Assembly: GCA_025558095.1 (NCBI GenBank)
Contig: JAIVFI010000001.1
Location: forward strand, 1,543,649 to 1,607,648
Origin: Hyaloraphidium curvatum SAG 235-1
Lineage: Eukaryota > Fungi > Monoblepharomycota
Direction: 5' to 3'
Length of the DNA stretch: 64,000 bases
Shown in pieces: positions 11,940-24,289 of the stretch. The position numbers and the translations under genes were made by a program. A model generated the notes under the pieces. It was not told the DNA's origin and ran no database searches. It was given only the letters and a program-made list of their open reading frames with translations. The stretch's first letter is position 1, and the number at the start of each line of letters is the position of its first letter.

Positions 11940-12054
11940 AGTGGGGATCGGGGCGACGGGGGGAGGGAGCATCGTGGGGATCCCGCTTAGCCCGCCGGCG
12001 GGAACCGTGTTCGTGAGCGATCCGGCGCCGCCGGCGAGGGTGAGCGGGAACTAG
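11940..12054 (+). pseudogene. Duplicated 3' end of the beta-helix protein gene
   Basis: VGIGATGGGSIVGIPLSPPAGTVFVSDPAPPARVSGN* versus VGIGPTGGGSIQGIPLSPPAGTVFVGDPAPPPRVSGN* at ~13623-13736. Confidence 0.85.
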
Positions 12055-12402
12055 CACTCTGCTAGGGGTGTCGCACTTGGGCACCTACAACTGGGGGACT
12101 GGGGCCACATGGCGGGCTGGGGCATTTGGAACAAGCGACCGAGTTTGGGCACTCGAGCTGAGAATGGTGGGATGACCGACGTGGCCTGGTTGTGGGCCTC
12201 CGAGGTTCCGTCGTGTCCATCCAGGTGGCCCAGCAGCGCCGATCCGAACAGCCTCGGACCGTCACCAGAGCTCAGCTTGCCTCGGAATGATGCCAGCGGC
12301 CCCCGGAATGGCAGTGGGACGCTCTCCTCTTTTCCAGGATCGGTCGGCGGCGGGGCTGTGGCAAGCGGCAACCCGCCGCCGTAAACAACCGAACCACCGC
12401 CG

Positions 12403-13736
12403 ATGCCTCGCCCATCCCGCGCCGTGCGGGCGCTCCTCGCCGCGCTTCTCGGGCTCGTATTCCTCGCCTCCGCTGTCCCGCCCGCCGCGGCGCAAAAGAC
12501 GGTCACCAAGACGGTCCGCGTCACGCAGTGCACAAAGACCGTCTCCCTCTGCCCGCGCCGGACCACGCCGCGGAAACGGACCACAACCAAGCGCATCGTC
12601 ACGACGTCCAGGGTGCCGCCGCCGGCAGGGCCGACGGTCACCGTCGGCCCGGGGCAGTTGTACACGGAGCCGGCGCAGGCGATCCCAAACATGCGGCCGG
12701 GGTTCAGCATGCTCGTCCTGCCGGGGACCTACTACACGCCGTTCGACATTCCGCCCGACATGGGACCGTTCACCATCGCCGGGTCGGGCGGCGGGAGGAC
12801 GGTTTTCGACGGCAGGGGCGGGATCGGGAGCGGGCACCGCCTGGCGTGGGGCAAGGGCTTTGTCCACGCCAGGAGCCCGGGGACCGTGAGGGATATCGTG
12901 TTCCGCAATGGGGGAGGCGGGGATGGGGAGGCGGACGGGGAGGCGGGGCTGTATGCGGAGCTGTTCTCCGCCCCCGGCACTCTCCACGCCGAGCGGTGCC
13001 TGTTCGAAGCCAACGAGAACGGGATCTTTGTGCCCTCGGGCGCCGCCGGGTTTCCCGGTGTCGGCATCTCGGTCGAGGTAAAGGACTGCGACTTTGTCGG
13101 GAACGGCGTCAGCGGGGACGGCGGCTCGCATGACGTCTACGTGCAGGGCGCAGCGTACAGTGAGACCAACTGCAACCACTACGGGAATCCTTGGGGAAAC
13201 AACATCAAGGTGGAGCGCGGCCGAACGTGGCGCATTGGCTCGGGCTGATGTGCTTCCATTGCAGGTCCGATCGCCCATCCTCTCCGTGACCGACGGTAGG
13301 CCATCCGCTTCCGAGCACCGCGGACACGGACTCATCCCGCCCCCCTTTCGCAGGATACCACCAAAACAGCCCGGCGGGCGCGCGGTGGATCGACTTCCCC
13401 AACGGCGGCACCGCCACCATCCTCCGCGGCGTCTACTCCATCAACTCGTCTTCGGTCGGCGGCAACGTGATCGGCTACTCCGAGGAGAGCACTTCCAACG
13501 GCATCACGGGCGGGATGACCTTCACCAACCCCACGCTCTACATCGGCCGCCTGTCGTACGTCAACCTTTCTCCCGGGGCGACGGTCAGGTTCGTGGGGGC
13601 CACGGTGCGGTGGACGGCGGACGTGGGCATCGGGCCGACGGGGGGAGGGAGCATCCAGGGGATCCCGCTGTCGCCGCCGGCGGGGACGGTGTTTGTGGGC
13701 GATCCGGCGCCTCCACCCAGAGTGAGCGGGAACTAG
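12403..13736 (+). CDS. Secreted right-handed beta-helix (pectin-lyase-fold-like) protein, 2 introns
   Basis: Signal peptide and T/K/R-rich N-terminus. Motifs GEAGLYAE, FEANENGIF, GGSHDVYV, NNIK|SR. Introns at ~13210-13264 and ~13296-13352. Confidence 0.65.
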
Positions 13737-13931
13737 GGATGCGGATGAGAGGGCTCGGCCGGGGCAGTTGGACATGCATGTCGCAGGAGCGCAAGAGAAC
13801 AGTACTGACGGCAGAAAATAGCCGCCTTTTCCTCTTTGCGGGCGATCCGCCTACGAGGAGCCGGGCGATCGGAGTGGATGCGCCGCGATCGGGCAACCCC
13901 GTTGGTCGCTGTCGCTCTCGCCGTGCGGAGG

Positions 13932-15008
13932 ATGGCCTCTCCGGCCGCCTACGTGGCCGCGGGCCTCGCCGCCGCCGCGGCCGCCTTCATCGCGGCGCGC
14001 CTTCTGCGCCCGGTGCCCGCCGCGCCGGGCCTCCCGGCGCCCGGCACGCCCGCGTTCGCCGCGCTGTCCCCCGCGGACCAGAAGGCGCTGTCCGCGCTGT
14101 ACCCGCCATCGTGCCTGCCGGGGTCGCAGTTCGCCGATTTAAGCCGCGGCCGCGTGCACTACTACCTCTCGAAGGGCAACGCAGGCGTCGACGCAGAGTC
14201 CCCGCCGGACGCGTCGGATGACGCGCTGCTCGCGGTCGTGCTGGGGATCGGCAGCCCCACCCCCGTGTACCGCCACATGCTGACGCCGATCGGGGAGAAG
14301 CACCCGGGCACGCTGGTGCTCGTTTTCGACCACTACGGGAGGGGAATGTCGGACGGGATCAGGGGCGGCGGGCCGTACGACATGGACGCCTACGTCGGCA
14401 TGCTGGAGGAGCTCTTGAACTCGATACCCCGCGCCCGCGCCCTCCTCCAGCAAGGCAAGCTGGCCCTCCTGGGGTCCTCCATGGGCGGCGCCGTCTGCGC
14501 CAACTACGCCGCCCGCCACCCGTCGCACCTCCGCTCCCTGGGCCTCATCGCCCCCGCCGGCCTCCTCGAGGCCCGCGGCGTCCTCGCCATCATCGTCTCC
14601 CCCCTGGGCCGCCTGCTGATCGACCTCTTCGAGCCGCTGCTGGCGTGGGAGCTCCGCAGGCGGACGCAGCCGCCGGGCAAGGACGCCGCGCCGACGGTGC
14701 TGGAGCTGGAGGACATCACGGCGCTGTACGGGAGGCTGCACAGCGGGTACTTCCGCTCCACGCTGCGGAGCCTCGCGGACGGGGTGGTCACGGGGCAGCA
14801 GGCCGCGTATCGCGCGCTCGGGAAGCTGCCCTTCCGGCCCGTCATCCTCTGGGGAACCGCGGACATCGTCGTGCCGTTCTCGCTGGCGGCCAGGGCGAAG
14901 GAACTTGCGCCCAACGTGGAGCTAGTGGTGGTGGAGGGCGCGGGGCACGACGTGGCGATCGCGGAGCCGGCGCGGTTCGTGGAGCTGGCTGGCAGGCTGC
15001 TGCCGTGA
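13932..15008 (+). CDS. Alpha/beta hydrolase with N-terminal membrane anchor
   Basis: FDHYGRGMSD, nucleophile elbow GSSMGG, acid WGTAD, His in GAGHD. Confidence 0.85.
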   Translation: MASPAAYVAAGLAAAAAAFIAARLLRPVPAAPGLPAPGTPAFAALSPADQKALSALYPPSCLPGSQFADLSRGRVHYYLSKGNAGVDAESPPDASDDALLAVVLGIGSPTPVYRHMLTPIGEKHPGTLVLVFDHYGRGMSDGIRGGGPYDMDAYVGMLEELLNSIPRARALLQQGKLALLGSSMGGAVCANYAARHPSHLRSLGLIAPAGLLEARGVLAIIVSPLGRLLIDLFEPLLAWELRRRTQPPGKDAAPTVLELEDITALYGRLHSGYFRSTLRSLADGVVTGQQAAYRALGKLPFRPVILWGTADIVVPFSLAARAKELAPNVELVVVEGAGHDVAIAEPARFVELAGRLLP

Positions 15009-15153
15009 GGACATGCACATCGAAGACGCTGACGATGACGGATAATTGCGCTACTCGTAGCTAAACGCAATACGATACAGGAGATAGACGGGACTACGGC
15101 ACAACAACTGCTTCCAGTACAATTGGTCACGCAGCTGTGCCCGGTCCTCCACC

Positions 15154-15700
15154 TCATTCGTTTTCGGCCCTCGCCATCTCCTCAAGCCAGGAGGCAATCT
15201 CCCCATTACGATCCGGGATCTCCAGGTCCACGTGTTCGGCTGTCCGGAGCACCTCGAGGCAGCGGGACACTCGCCGCGCATCATCGGGAGTGCGGTCGTC
15301 CTCCAGGTCCTTCCAACTCAGAAGGTCAAACTTGCAAGCCTCCAGCTTGGCGCGCGTCGGGAGCTTGCGCAGCTCCTCCGCAAACGCCCGCATGGTCTCG
15401 GGTGTGTCCTGGTCCCCGATCCGGACCTGCCGCAGCGTGAGCTCCTGCAGTGCGGGCCAGACGACGATGCTGTCGAGGCGTTCGACGCAGTAGCGGTGCA
15501 GGTACAGGCTGCGCACGCTGTCCTGCCTCGCCAGACACTCGAATCCTCCTCCGTCGGCCCGTCGTCCGGCGGGTCCTCGTGGCCTTCCACGGCGGTCGGC
15601 CTGAACGCCGGCCGGCGGCACATCAGCCGGAACAGGGACCAGTCGTCGGGCGAAGATCGACGGCAAAGGCCGCGGCCGCGTCGACCGAGCGGATCGCCGA
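15154..15700 (-). pseudogene. LRR-like 'PAFxP' family copy C, frameshifted
   Basis: DWSLFRLMCRRPAFRPTAV in one frame; SVRSLYL...WPALQELTL...RAFAEELRKLPTR in another. Confidence 0.5.
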
Positions 15701-16166
15701 ACGCAGCTCGTTCGTGGAGAGCGGGTGTTCGCGCCACAGCCGCGGGAACGGCGAGTCCGGCAGCGCCACGTCGACGGCGGAAAAGAGACCGCTCTCCACG
15801 GCGGGCGCCGAGTAGTTTGGAAACATCGCCAGCCACTCGGCGTCGGTGAAGGACGGCCGCTAGAATGTCCGGGATGCGTCCGCCGCAAAGGCCGCGTCCT
15901 TCTCGGGGTCTGCCGCCTCCGGTGCCCGATAGAAGGTTGCCGCAGTCTCGCGGTCCGCGGAAGCCATTTCGGTCAACCTGAATTTAACAAGGGGAGTCAA
16001 GGGGTTTACAACTGCGGCAATCAATCGGATGTACCTTCAGCTGAGGATGTGCTGTTCTTGGCCCCGGAGCTCCTGCTGCAGGTCGTCGAATTCGTGCTTC
16101 CGCCGGCCGATTCGCTACATGTTGAGCTCCCCCAAGCCGTCCCCGCTTCCATGCAACCGCCTTCCT

Positions 16167-19124
16167 TTACCTCCGCCCCTTGGCCTTGATGGTGACGGTC
16201 TTGAATGTCGTCACCCGTACAGTCTTGGTCGTCCTGACCGTGACCTTGGTCGTGCGGACGAGTGTGGTCGTGACCTTGCCCACCGTCTTGGTGAAGCTCC
16301 TCGTCTTGGTCACGGGCACCACAAGCTGCGACACCGAGACGCTCGTGACGACGCTGGTCTGCGTCTGCAGGACCGTGGTGGTCGTTGGAACCGGCACGGA
16401 GATGGTGCTTGATATCGTGACGGCGGCGAGCGAGACCGTGGTGGTCGAAGGCTGCAGCGAGATCGAGACCGACGTGACCGTCGAGGTCACCGGGGGGGCG
16501 CTGGAAACCGACGTCGAAAAGCTGGTGGCCGTCGAGACGCTGGTCACCGTCGACACGCTGGTGAGCGTGATCGATACCGATGCCGTGACCGTGACCGTGA
16601 CCGTGACCGTCGGGAGGGTCGTCGTGGTGCTCCGGGGTGCGGGCAGCATCACCAGGCACCAGCGGTGCAAGACGCCGTCATCTCCGGCCTGGACGTCCCC
16701 AACGGTGAGCTTCCACAGCCCATCCGCGTTAACGAAGCGTCCGATGTCGGCAAAGGAGGCGAGGGCGCCGTCCGGGCGGTACCGCGTGAGGTCGCAGTTG
16801 GGCCGCCGGAATCGGTCCGGCGCCGAGTCGTCGAAGGTCATCTGTATGTTGTCCGGGCGGTTGTCGGAACATCCGTCGTTGCCGGGGAAGGCGGGGAATA
16901 GCGAGACGGTGCGCTCGCCGTTGTCGTCGGCGACGGCCGTCAGGCGGACAAAGATGTCGACAAAGTACGTGTGGTCGATGGCCAGCTCGACGGCCAGATC
17001 GGTGATGGAGCCGATCCCTGTCAGCTGGATGGTGGAGTTGAGCTCTTGCAGGTCCAAGATGTCTTTGGGCTGGTTGTTGCACACCCTGATCCGGGAAGGA
17101 TCGATCGTCGCGGTAACCTTGAAGATTCGGGAGGGGATTCAATCATCAGAACTTGAATGAAGCAAATGAGAAAGCAAGCTCACAAAGTCCGTCTGCGCAG
17201 TACGCACGGCCGGGAAATGTTGGAGTTTACGTTCTGCGTCGAACGGGGAGGGGCCGGCCCACTTACCCTCCTCGTGCGCGACATGCTCGTCGTCGAAGTG
17301 TGCGTGGTGATCGTCTCCGTCGTCTGCGTGGTGATGGTTTGCGTGGTGGAAGACGGCGGCGGGGGGTCGAACGAGAGGCACCACGAGTAGAGGTACATGC
17401 GGCCCCCTTCCGGGTGGCGGCCTGCAGGCCCCATCTTCCGGAGGACACGCCGGACTCAAGCAGCGGCCCGAGCGGTGTCACGGGCTGATACACGTCCCCG
17501 AAGCATGCCTCTTCCTTCGTCAGGTTCTGGTACTCGGGTCCGGATTCCTCGAGGAGCGGGAGGAAGCGCAGCGCGGCACCGTCTTCAAACACCAAGGGCA
17601 GACCGGCAGGGCGGGCTCCGCAGCGTTCCGGCCCGTACGAGGTAAAGAGGTACGCCCCCGTCATCTCGTTGATGCTGTCGAAGGTCGCGAGGTACGCGCT
17701 CGCGAAAGGTAAGGCGTCCGCATCCAAATAGAGCTCGACGCGCATGCCGGGGGATCCGTCGACGACTTCCACGTCCATGAAAAAACTTTGGGGGGTGTTG
17801 AACTCCGTCAACTCCTCCTGCACCGCCGAGCAGAAGCGCTTGGCGCCTGGGCTGGGGGTGATGGAGCCCTGCGGCTGGACGGGGATCAGGGCCTTGGCCT
17901 CCATCGGAGGGTGCCGAAGCCGATGCATACCCAGGTCCTTGTAGTCGTTGGGGTCCTCGTCGGGGTTGTGGTCGGCGTGTTGGTCGTCACGGTGATGGAG
18001 CCGATGGCGACGCCGAGGGTGCCGCAGGTACGGCAGCCGGGAGTAGATGCCGAGGGTGTCCCCGCAAGCCAAACTCCAGCTCACCATGCCCACCTGCTCG
18101 AGGGTGCCATCGGCCGAGTACTGCAGCAGCGGGCTGCCCTGGTCACCCTGGCAGAAGCTCTTGCCGAAGTTGCCCGCGCACAGGTAGCTCGGGTGGAAGT
18201 CATCCGCCCCAAAGTCGCCAGAAGTTTGGTATTCTAGAAGCGTGGTGCACGCCTCGTCTGATACCGCCGTGATGTTGACCTCCTGCAGGACCTGCGGAAC
18301 GGATTTCTCGCGTTAGCGGCACGATGCACTCGGTGCGGGTTTGCACCGTACCTGGGCCAGCTCCGCGTCGGGGGTTTGGCCAAAGCCGATCGTTGTGACG
18401 ACGCTGCCCGGCGCGGGATTGCTCTCGGAGAAGTTAATGGGCACCGGGACGAGGTCGCTCGATCCCGTGACGACGGGTTCCGACAGGTAGAGCAGGGCGA
18501 CGTCGTTCGACAAAACCGCGTCTTGCCTAAATCTGGGATGCATCTCGAAGCTGAGAACGTTGAACTCCCACGCCCCATCATCCTCAACGCTCTTGCTGCG
18601 GTCCCGCCGGCCGACCTGCACGACGCCCTCGGTGATCCCCCTGGACGCCCAGAAAGACACACACTGTGCTGCGCGGTCGTCAGATAAGCTGGAAAGCGGG
18701 ATCGTGTGCCAGACTCGGTCAGGCAGGACCCACCAGCGGTCATGGCGACCCTGGGTGCGACCAGGGTGGCGCCGCAGACGTACTCCAGCACGCGGAGGCC
18801 AAGAAAAGACCAGCTCGGATCGACGTAGAGGAGAATGGCCATGAACGGATACTGCGAGCTCGCCGCGACGGGGTTCCCCCCGAACACGGCCGGCGGCGGG
18901 GCCGGTCCGCCGTTCCCAATGTCCGGGCGCAGGGCGGGCGTGGGATTGGGGATCCGGGCCGCGGCGGTGCGATTGGAGCGCTGCGCCCACATCCCGGCCC
19001 TGTCGGCGGCTTCGGCGGGGGGGAAGCGCTTCGGGCCGGCGGCGAGGGCCATCGGGACGGCGGTGCACAGGAGCACGAGCGCGGCCAAGGCGGCGAGGCC
19101 GGGGCGGGCGCGCTGCCGCTGCAT
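16167..19124 (-). CDS. Secreted trypsin-like (S1) pseudo-protease with P-domain-like modules and a Thr-rich stalk; multi-exon, some junctions unresolved
   Basis: Signal peptide, VFGG start, CGATLV, TAAQC, DVALL, CQGDQGSPL, GMVSW. Later WKLTVGDVQAGDDGVLHRWCL (proprotein-convertase P-domain-like) and a T/V/S-rich tail. Confidence 0.75.
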
Positions 19125-20250
19125 GCTGGCGCGGGCGGGCCGGGCGCGAATCGGCGATATCGACGGCTCAATGGCTCGCCCAAGGACGGCAGAAACGCCG
19201 GGTTGCCGAACTATCGGCGTGGGTGGCTGGGTCGCGGCGCCAGCGTCCCTGTTCCTACCCCTGCGGAGCAAAGGACGGCACTGCCGGCGCATCCGAGCAT
19301 ATCACGCAGTCGCATGCACGCGATCTCCTCGTGGAGTGCGTTTGACGCGTTACCGAGCTCGGCGGTGCTCTCCATGCGAACGCCGTCGGACCCCACCGAC
19401 GCCACCTGCTCGCTCCGCCCAGAGGCCGCGGGACCACACGCAGGGGGAATGGGACGGCGGGTCCCACAAGGCAATGAGATAGCCACACACGAGCGCCGTA
19501 CTTCTGCTGGTTTGCGAGATACATGGGTGCGGGGTTCGTTCCGCGGCGTTCATCTTCTTGGCTTTGCCACCGGCCGCTCCGCCTCGTCGCGACTCTCAGC
19601 GGGCGCACCAAGGCGGTGCAGCTATGCAGGACAGCCGTTATTGTCGCCACGGAGCCGCTGCGGAAGTAAGAGCGTGAAGACGGCGAGGGGCCGAACCGCC
19701 GCTGCCGCTCCGGTGCGCGGCGGATATCAAGTTCGGCGACCCGGAAGAGCTTCTGGGAAACGCTAAGGGGTGGCGAGAGCTCAGGGTGAGGACGGAGGAG
19801 CTGATCAGGACCGTGGCCGAAGCAGATACATTGGGGACAGGGCCCTGGCCGGAGGTCTCCGACTTTGACGCGGATCGGTGACCCGCGGCGAATCAACCGT
19901 GAAGGAGCTTCGGTTGTTCCAATGCAAGAAGCGGAATGCCTTTTCCGCCCACCAACTTCTCCGATCCAAGCTCGTGAACAGGAGGACACCGGACTGCGCG
20001 GACGCGCGGGACCCCAACACGGTGTGCAGCGGAGGCCGGGACGGCGGATGCCGCGGCCCCGGAAGCTCAGGATTCGGAGAGCTAGCTGATGGAATCTCAT
20101 TTTCCGGCATGCATTTGGCGACCGGTTGCGGCGAGGCGGGGGTGCCTCGGGCTGGTGGGGCGCGGGTCCGCTCTCGCGAGGTCAGGGACTACCGTCTCCC
20201 AAATCCCCCGGCGGCCCGCTCCCCGGCCATCGCGATCCATCGCTGCTGCC

Positions 20251-22379
20251 ATGGCCAACATTCTCCGGTTGGCCCTCGTGGCCGCGCTTTTCGGCCTCCC
20301 GCACACGCTCTCGGCGCCGTTTCCCGTCGGCGAAGTCGGGACCCCGTGCACGGTGGGCGGCGCCGACCATCGTTCCCCGTCGCACATCGGCGAAAAAATC
20401 TCCCGAAACCTTCCAGGCCTCGACGACCGCGCAATGCTGGTCCGGCTGCTGCCTCGGCGGCACCTGCGCGCCCTTCACCTCGTGCTTCGGCGTCGCCCAG
20501 GCACCCGCGGACCGCATCTTCTACGGCGGCCCCGTCGTGACCGTCGAGGACGACGGCCGCACCGCCGAGGCCGTCGCGGTGCGCAACGGGACCATCGTGG
20601 GCGTCGGCTGGACGGGGGACATCCTGCACCCGCGCTTCCAGGGCCCCAACACGGAGATGGTGGACCTCAAGGGGCGAACGCTGGTGCCCGGATTCATCGA
20701 CGGGCATTCGCACTTTTTCAGTTTCGGCTTCCAAGCCATCGGGGCGAACCTGCTGGCGGCACCGGACGGGCCCGCGGACACGATCGACGACATCGTCCGC
20801 GAGCTGACCAAGTTCGCCCAGGGGCCCGACGTCAACCTCACGGGGTGGGTGCTCGGCTTGCCGGGGAGCACATTGAAGTCGGCTGACTTCGCGACGCCAG
20901 ATGGATCTTCGGCCTGGGCTACGACGATTCCCTCCTAGGCCGGCACCCGAACCGGCTCGACCTCGACAAGGTTTCCACCACCGTCCCCGTGCTGGCCGCC
21001 CACATCTCCCTGCACTTCTGCGCGGTCAACTCGGTCGGCCTCGCACTCATCGGCTACAACGCCTCCACCAAGGACCCCGAGGGCGGCACTATCCAGCGCT
21101 TCCCCAACTCGACCGAGCCCAACGGCGTGCTTGAGGAGCTCGCAGCCATCCCCAACATGGCCAAGTTCCTGGCCCCCAACACCCCGCAGGACGCGCTGCT
21201 ATTCGCCTCGCGCGGACAGGAAATGGCGCTGCGTTTCGGGTACACGACAGTGCAGGAGGGCAGGGCGCTGGGGCCGCAGCACGTGGTGCTCAAGGGGTTC
21301 GCGGACACGGGGCGGCTCAAGATCGACTGCGTGTCGTACATCGACTACACGGAGAAGAAGATCATCGATGCCGAGTTCCGTGGGACCGAGTACAGGAACC
21401 GATACCGCGTGGGGGGCCTGAAGGTAGCGACGGGGCCGTGGCACATGGCTATTTCCGTCTTTGACGCCCCCGTCCATTGTGCAGATCACCCTCGACGGGT
21501 CCCCTCAAGGTCGCACCGCATGGCGCGGCGAGGACCGGCCGTACCTCGTCCCTCCCTACGGCCAGAACCCCGGCTTCTCGGGCAACGCGACCATCACGAA
21601 CGAGACATTCATCCTCGAGCTCCTCGACGAGGCCTACCGGAAGGATTGGTGCGTCCGCCCGCGTGCTCCGCCCCTCGTTCACGCTTGACCCGATCCAAAC
21701 CGGCTGCAGGCCGACGCTTGTGCACGCCAACGGCGAGGCCGCCATCGACCAATACATCCACACCATGCGGCCGATGGTGGACAAGTACGGGGTCAAGGAC
21801 CGGCGCAATGTGCTCATCCACGGGCAGTTTATCACCTCGGAACAGGTCGACGAGGTCGCGGACCTGGGCGACTCGCTGCTTTCGCTGTTCCGTGGGTCAC
21901 TCTCCCCTTGCTGCGCCCCGCTTTGTTGATGACGGTCCCCGTGTCCAGCTATGCACACGTTTTACTGGGGAGACTGGTACGACACCATCGTCGGGCCTGA
22001 AAAGGCCAACACCATCTCCCCCATGCGCACCGCGCTCAAGCGCTTCAGCACCATCACCAGCCACACCGACGCCCCCGTCGCGCTGCCCAACCTGATGCAG
22101 ATCGCGTGGTCAACCGTCAACCGGATCTCGCGCTCGGGGGCGGTCAAGGGCGAAGGGGAGCGGCTGACGGCTCTCGAGGCGCTCAAGACGTTCACTATCT
22201 GGGGGGCGTACCAGCACTTTGAGGAGGCGCGGAAGGGATCCATCGCGGAGGGGAAGCTGGCCGACCTGGTGGTGCTGTCGCACAACCCGCTCACGGTGGA
22301 CCCGCTGTTCCTGAACAAGATCCAGGTGATGTCGACGATCAAGGAGGGCCAAACTCTGTACACGCACTCGGATTGGTGA
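20251..22379 (+). CDS. Secreted amidohydrolase-3 (YtcJ-like metal-dependent hydrolase), multi-exon
   Basis: AEAVAVRNGTIVGVG, DLKGRTLVPGFIDGHSH, DGSPQGRTAW, HANGEAAID, IHGQF, HTDAPV, KGSIAEGKLADLVVL. Several short GT-AG introns. Confidence 0.85.
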
Positions 22380-22390
22380 AGAATTCGATC

Positions 22391-24289
22391 CTACACCATG
22401 GCCAGAGCTAGCAAGGCCGCAGCGGCCGCCCCCACACCCACGCCCGATCTCGCCCCCCGCGGCGCCCCGTTCGGCCTGCTCGTCGTCGAGGGCACCGCGG
22501 TCGCGGTCGCGGTCGCCGTCGCCGCACTGGCAGTCGGCGTCGCCGTCGGCACCCCGCACGCCTGGTCCTTTGGCACGATCCACGGATCCGCCACCCCCTT
22601 GGGCTTCACCGTCAGCGTCATGAACATCCCCGAGCCCGCGTGCAGGTCGATGTGGCAGTGGAACGACCACGGCCCGGGGTTGTCGGCCTTGATGCGGACG
22701 ACGGCGTAGCCGGGCGTGCTGCCGACGACCTGTGCCACGGGGACGGTGTCCCGAGACGCGGGGGCGGAGAGGTCCAGCGGGACCGAGGGGGAGAGCCGGC
22801 CGTCGGGCCCGAGGATGTCGCCGTTGCCCGTCGCGAGCACGGAGAAGGCGTAGCCGTGGATGTGCATGGGGTGCACCATCGTGGAGGGGTTGACGAACAC
22901 CACGTCGACGACGTCCCCGAGGTCGGCCTCGAGGTTGAGGGTGCGGTCCGTGGGCACGGAGGAGGCGTAGAAGATGTCGGGCACAGAGGCGGGCTTGAAG
23001 ACGACCCAGTTGAGCGCCCAACAGTACTTGGAGCCACCAGGGCAGGATCCGTTCTGCGGCGTCACGCCGTTGATGCCGTAGATGTTGCTGGATGCGTTGG
23101 CGAAGCCTGCCGGCGGGGAGGTTGCGGAGGCATCGGGCAGGTAGACGGTGAACTGCTTGTCCGCTTTCTGCGGTGGCTTGGGTGTGCCGGCGGCCGCGTG
23201 GAAGGTGGCGTTCTTGGGGTCCACGACGCCGGGGCGTCCTCCGATGCCAGACGCGCAGCCGAGGTCCTTGACGAGGGTCGCGGCGAGGCTGGTGTCGTTG
23301 GCCGGGTCCGCGGCGCCCTCGTAGTGGAGCACGATCGGCGCGTTGAACCCGTTGATCGTCGAGAGGTCGATCCAGTAGTTGGCCACGGGCTGGTTGGCCT
23401 CGAGCACCATGTCCATGCGCTCGCCCGAGCTGATGAGGATGCTCGAGGCACGGACGGGCTCCACGGGGCGGCCGTCGAGCGCGATGATGCTGAAGGTGTG
23501 GTTCCGCGGGGCGATCTGCAGCGCCCACGACGACATGCCGCCGATGAAGCGCAGGCGGTAGCGCTTTCCGCTTTGCACTTTCACGACGTAGGGCTCGCCC
23601 GAGGTCGCGTTGGCGCCGAAGATGAGGCCGTTGCCGTTGACCTGCGCACCGAGCCACGGGGCGTCCGAGATGTCCTGGTCGAGGAAGGCGGGGTCGCAGA
23701 GGGGCTTCATGTTGGCCATGCCCTGCATCTCGAGCTTGGCCAGCTGCGCCTCGACGGTGGTCGAAAAGACGTCGGCGAGCATGAGCACGTGCTCGTCCAG
23801 GTCGGCGTCGTACAAGCCGGCGTTGGGGTCGTTGGGGTCCGTCACAATCAGGGGACCCCGGAGCCCGTCGCCGTACTGCCCGCCGGTGTGCGAGTGGTAC
23901 CAGTGGGTGCCGGCCGGGAAGGCCTTGAAGCGGTACGAGAACGTCGAGCCGACGGGGATCGGGTACTGGTTGACGCCGGCGACGCCGTCGGCCCACGACG
24001 AGTTCAGCAGCTCCTGGCCATGCCAGTGCGTGCTGGTGCCGCCGGAAATGTCCTTGTTGGTCACGTCGACCTGCACGGTGTCGCCCAGCGCGACGCGGAT
24101 GAGGGGGCCCACGGCCGTGCCGTTGTAGGCGAGCGTCTGGTATGGCGAGGCGAAGTTGGCGGCCTCGAGCGAGAAGCGGCGCGTGCCGGCGGGCGGGTTG
24201 CCGATGTCGGGGCAGTTGGCGGCGCCGGCGAGGGTGCCGAGGGCGAGCGCCGCGATGGCGAAGAAGGCCGCTGAGGAAGTTCTGCGCAT
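22391..24289 (-). CDS. Multicopper oxidase (laccase/ferroxidase-like), secreted, probable GPI anchor
   Basis: All four copper motifs: HWHG, WYHSH, HPMHIHG, HCHIDLHAGSGM. Signal peptide and hydrophobic C-terminus after an A/T-rich linker. Confidence 0.95.
   Translation of the reverse strand: MRRTSSAAFFAIAALALGTLAGAANCPDIGNPPAGTRRFSLEAANFASPYQTLAYNGTAVGPLIRVALGDTVQVDVTNKDISGGTSTHWHGQELLNSSWADGVAGVNQYPIPVGSTFSYRFKAFPAGTHWYHSHTGGQYGDGLRGPLIVTDPNDPNAGLYDADLDEHVLMLADVFSTTVEAQLAKLEMQGMANMKPLCDPAFLDQDISDAPWLGAQVNGNGLIFGANATSGEPYVVKVQSGKRYRLRFIGGMSSWALQIAPRNHTFSIIALDGRPVEPVRASSILISSGERMDMVLEANQPVANYWIDLSTINGFNAPIVLHYEGAADPANDTSLAATLVKDLGCASGIGGRPGVVDPKNATFHAAAGTPKPPQKADKQFTVYLPDASATSPPAGFANASSNIYGINGVTPQNGSCPGGSKYCWALNWVVFKPASVPDIFYASSVPTDRTLNLEADLGDVVDVVFVNPSTMVHPMHIHGYAFSVLATGNGDILGPDGRLSPSVPLDLSAPASRDTVPVAQVVGSTPGYAVVRIKADNPGPWSFHCHIDLHAGSGMFMTLTVKPKGVADPWIVPKDQACGVPTATPTASAATATATATAVPSTTSRPNGAPRGARSGVGVGAAAAALLALAMV

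Noticed and set aside
16040-16130. F-box-like peptide LAPELLLQVVEFV on the plus strand
   Set aside because: Too short and without a supportable gene model. At most a remnant.
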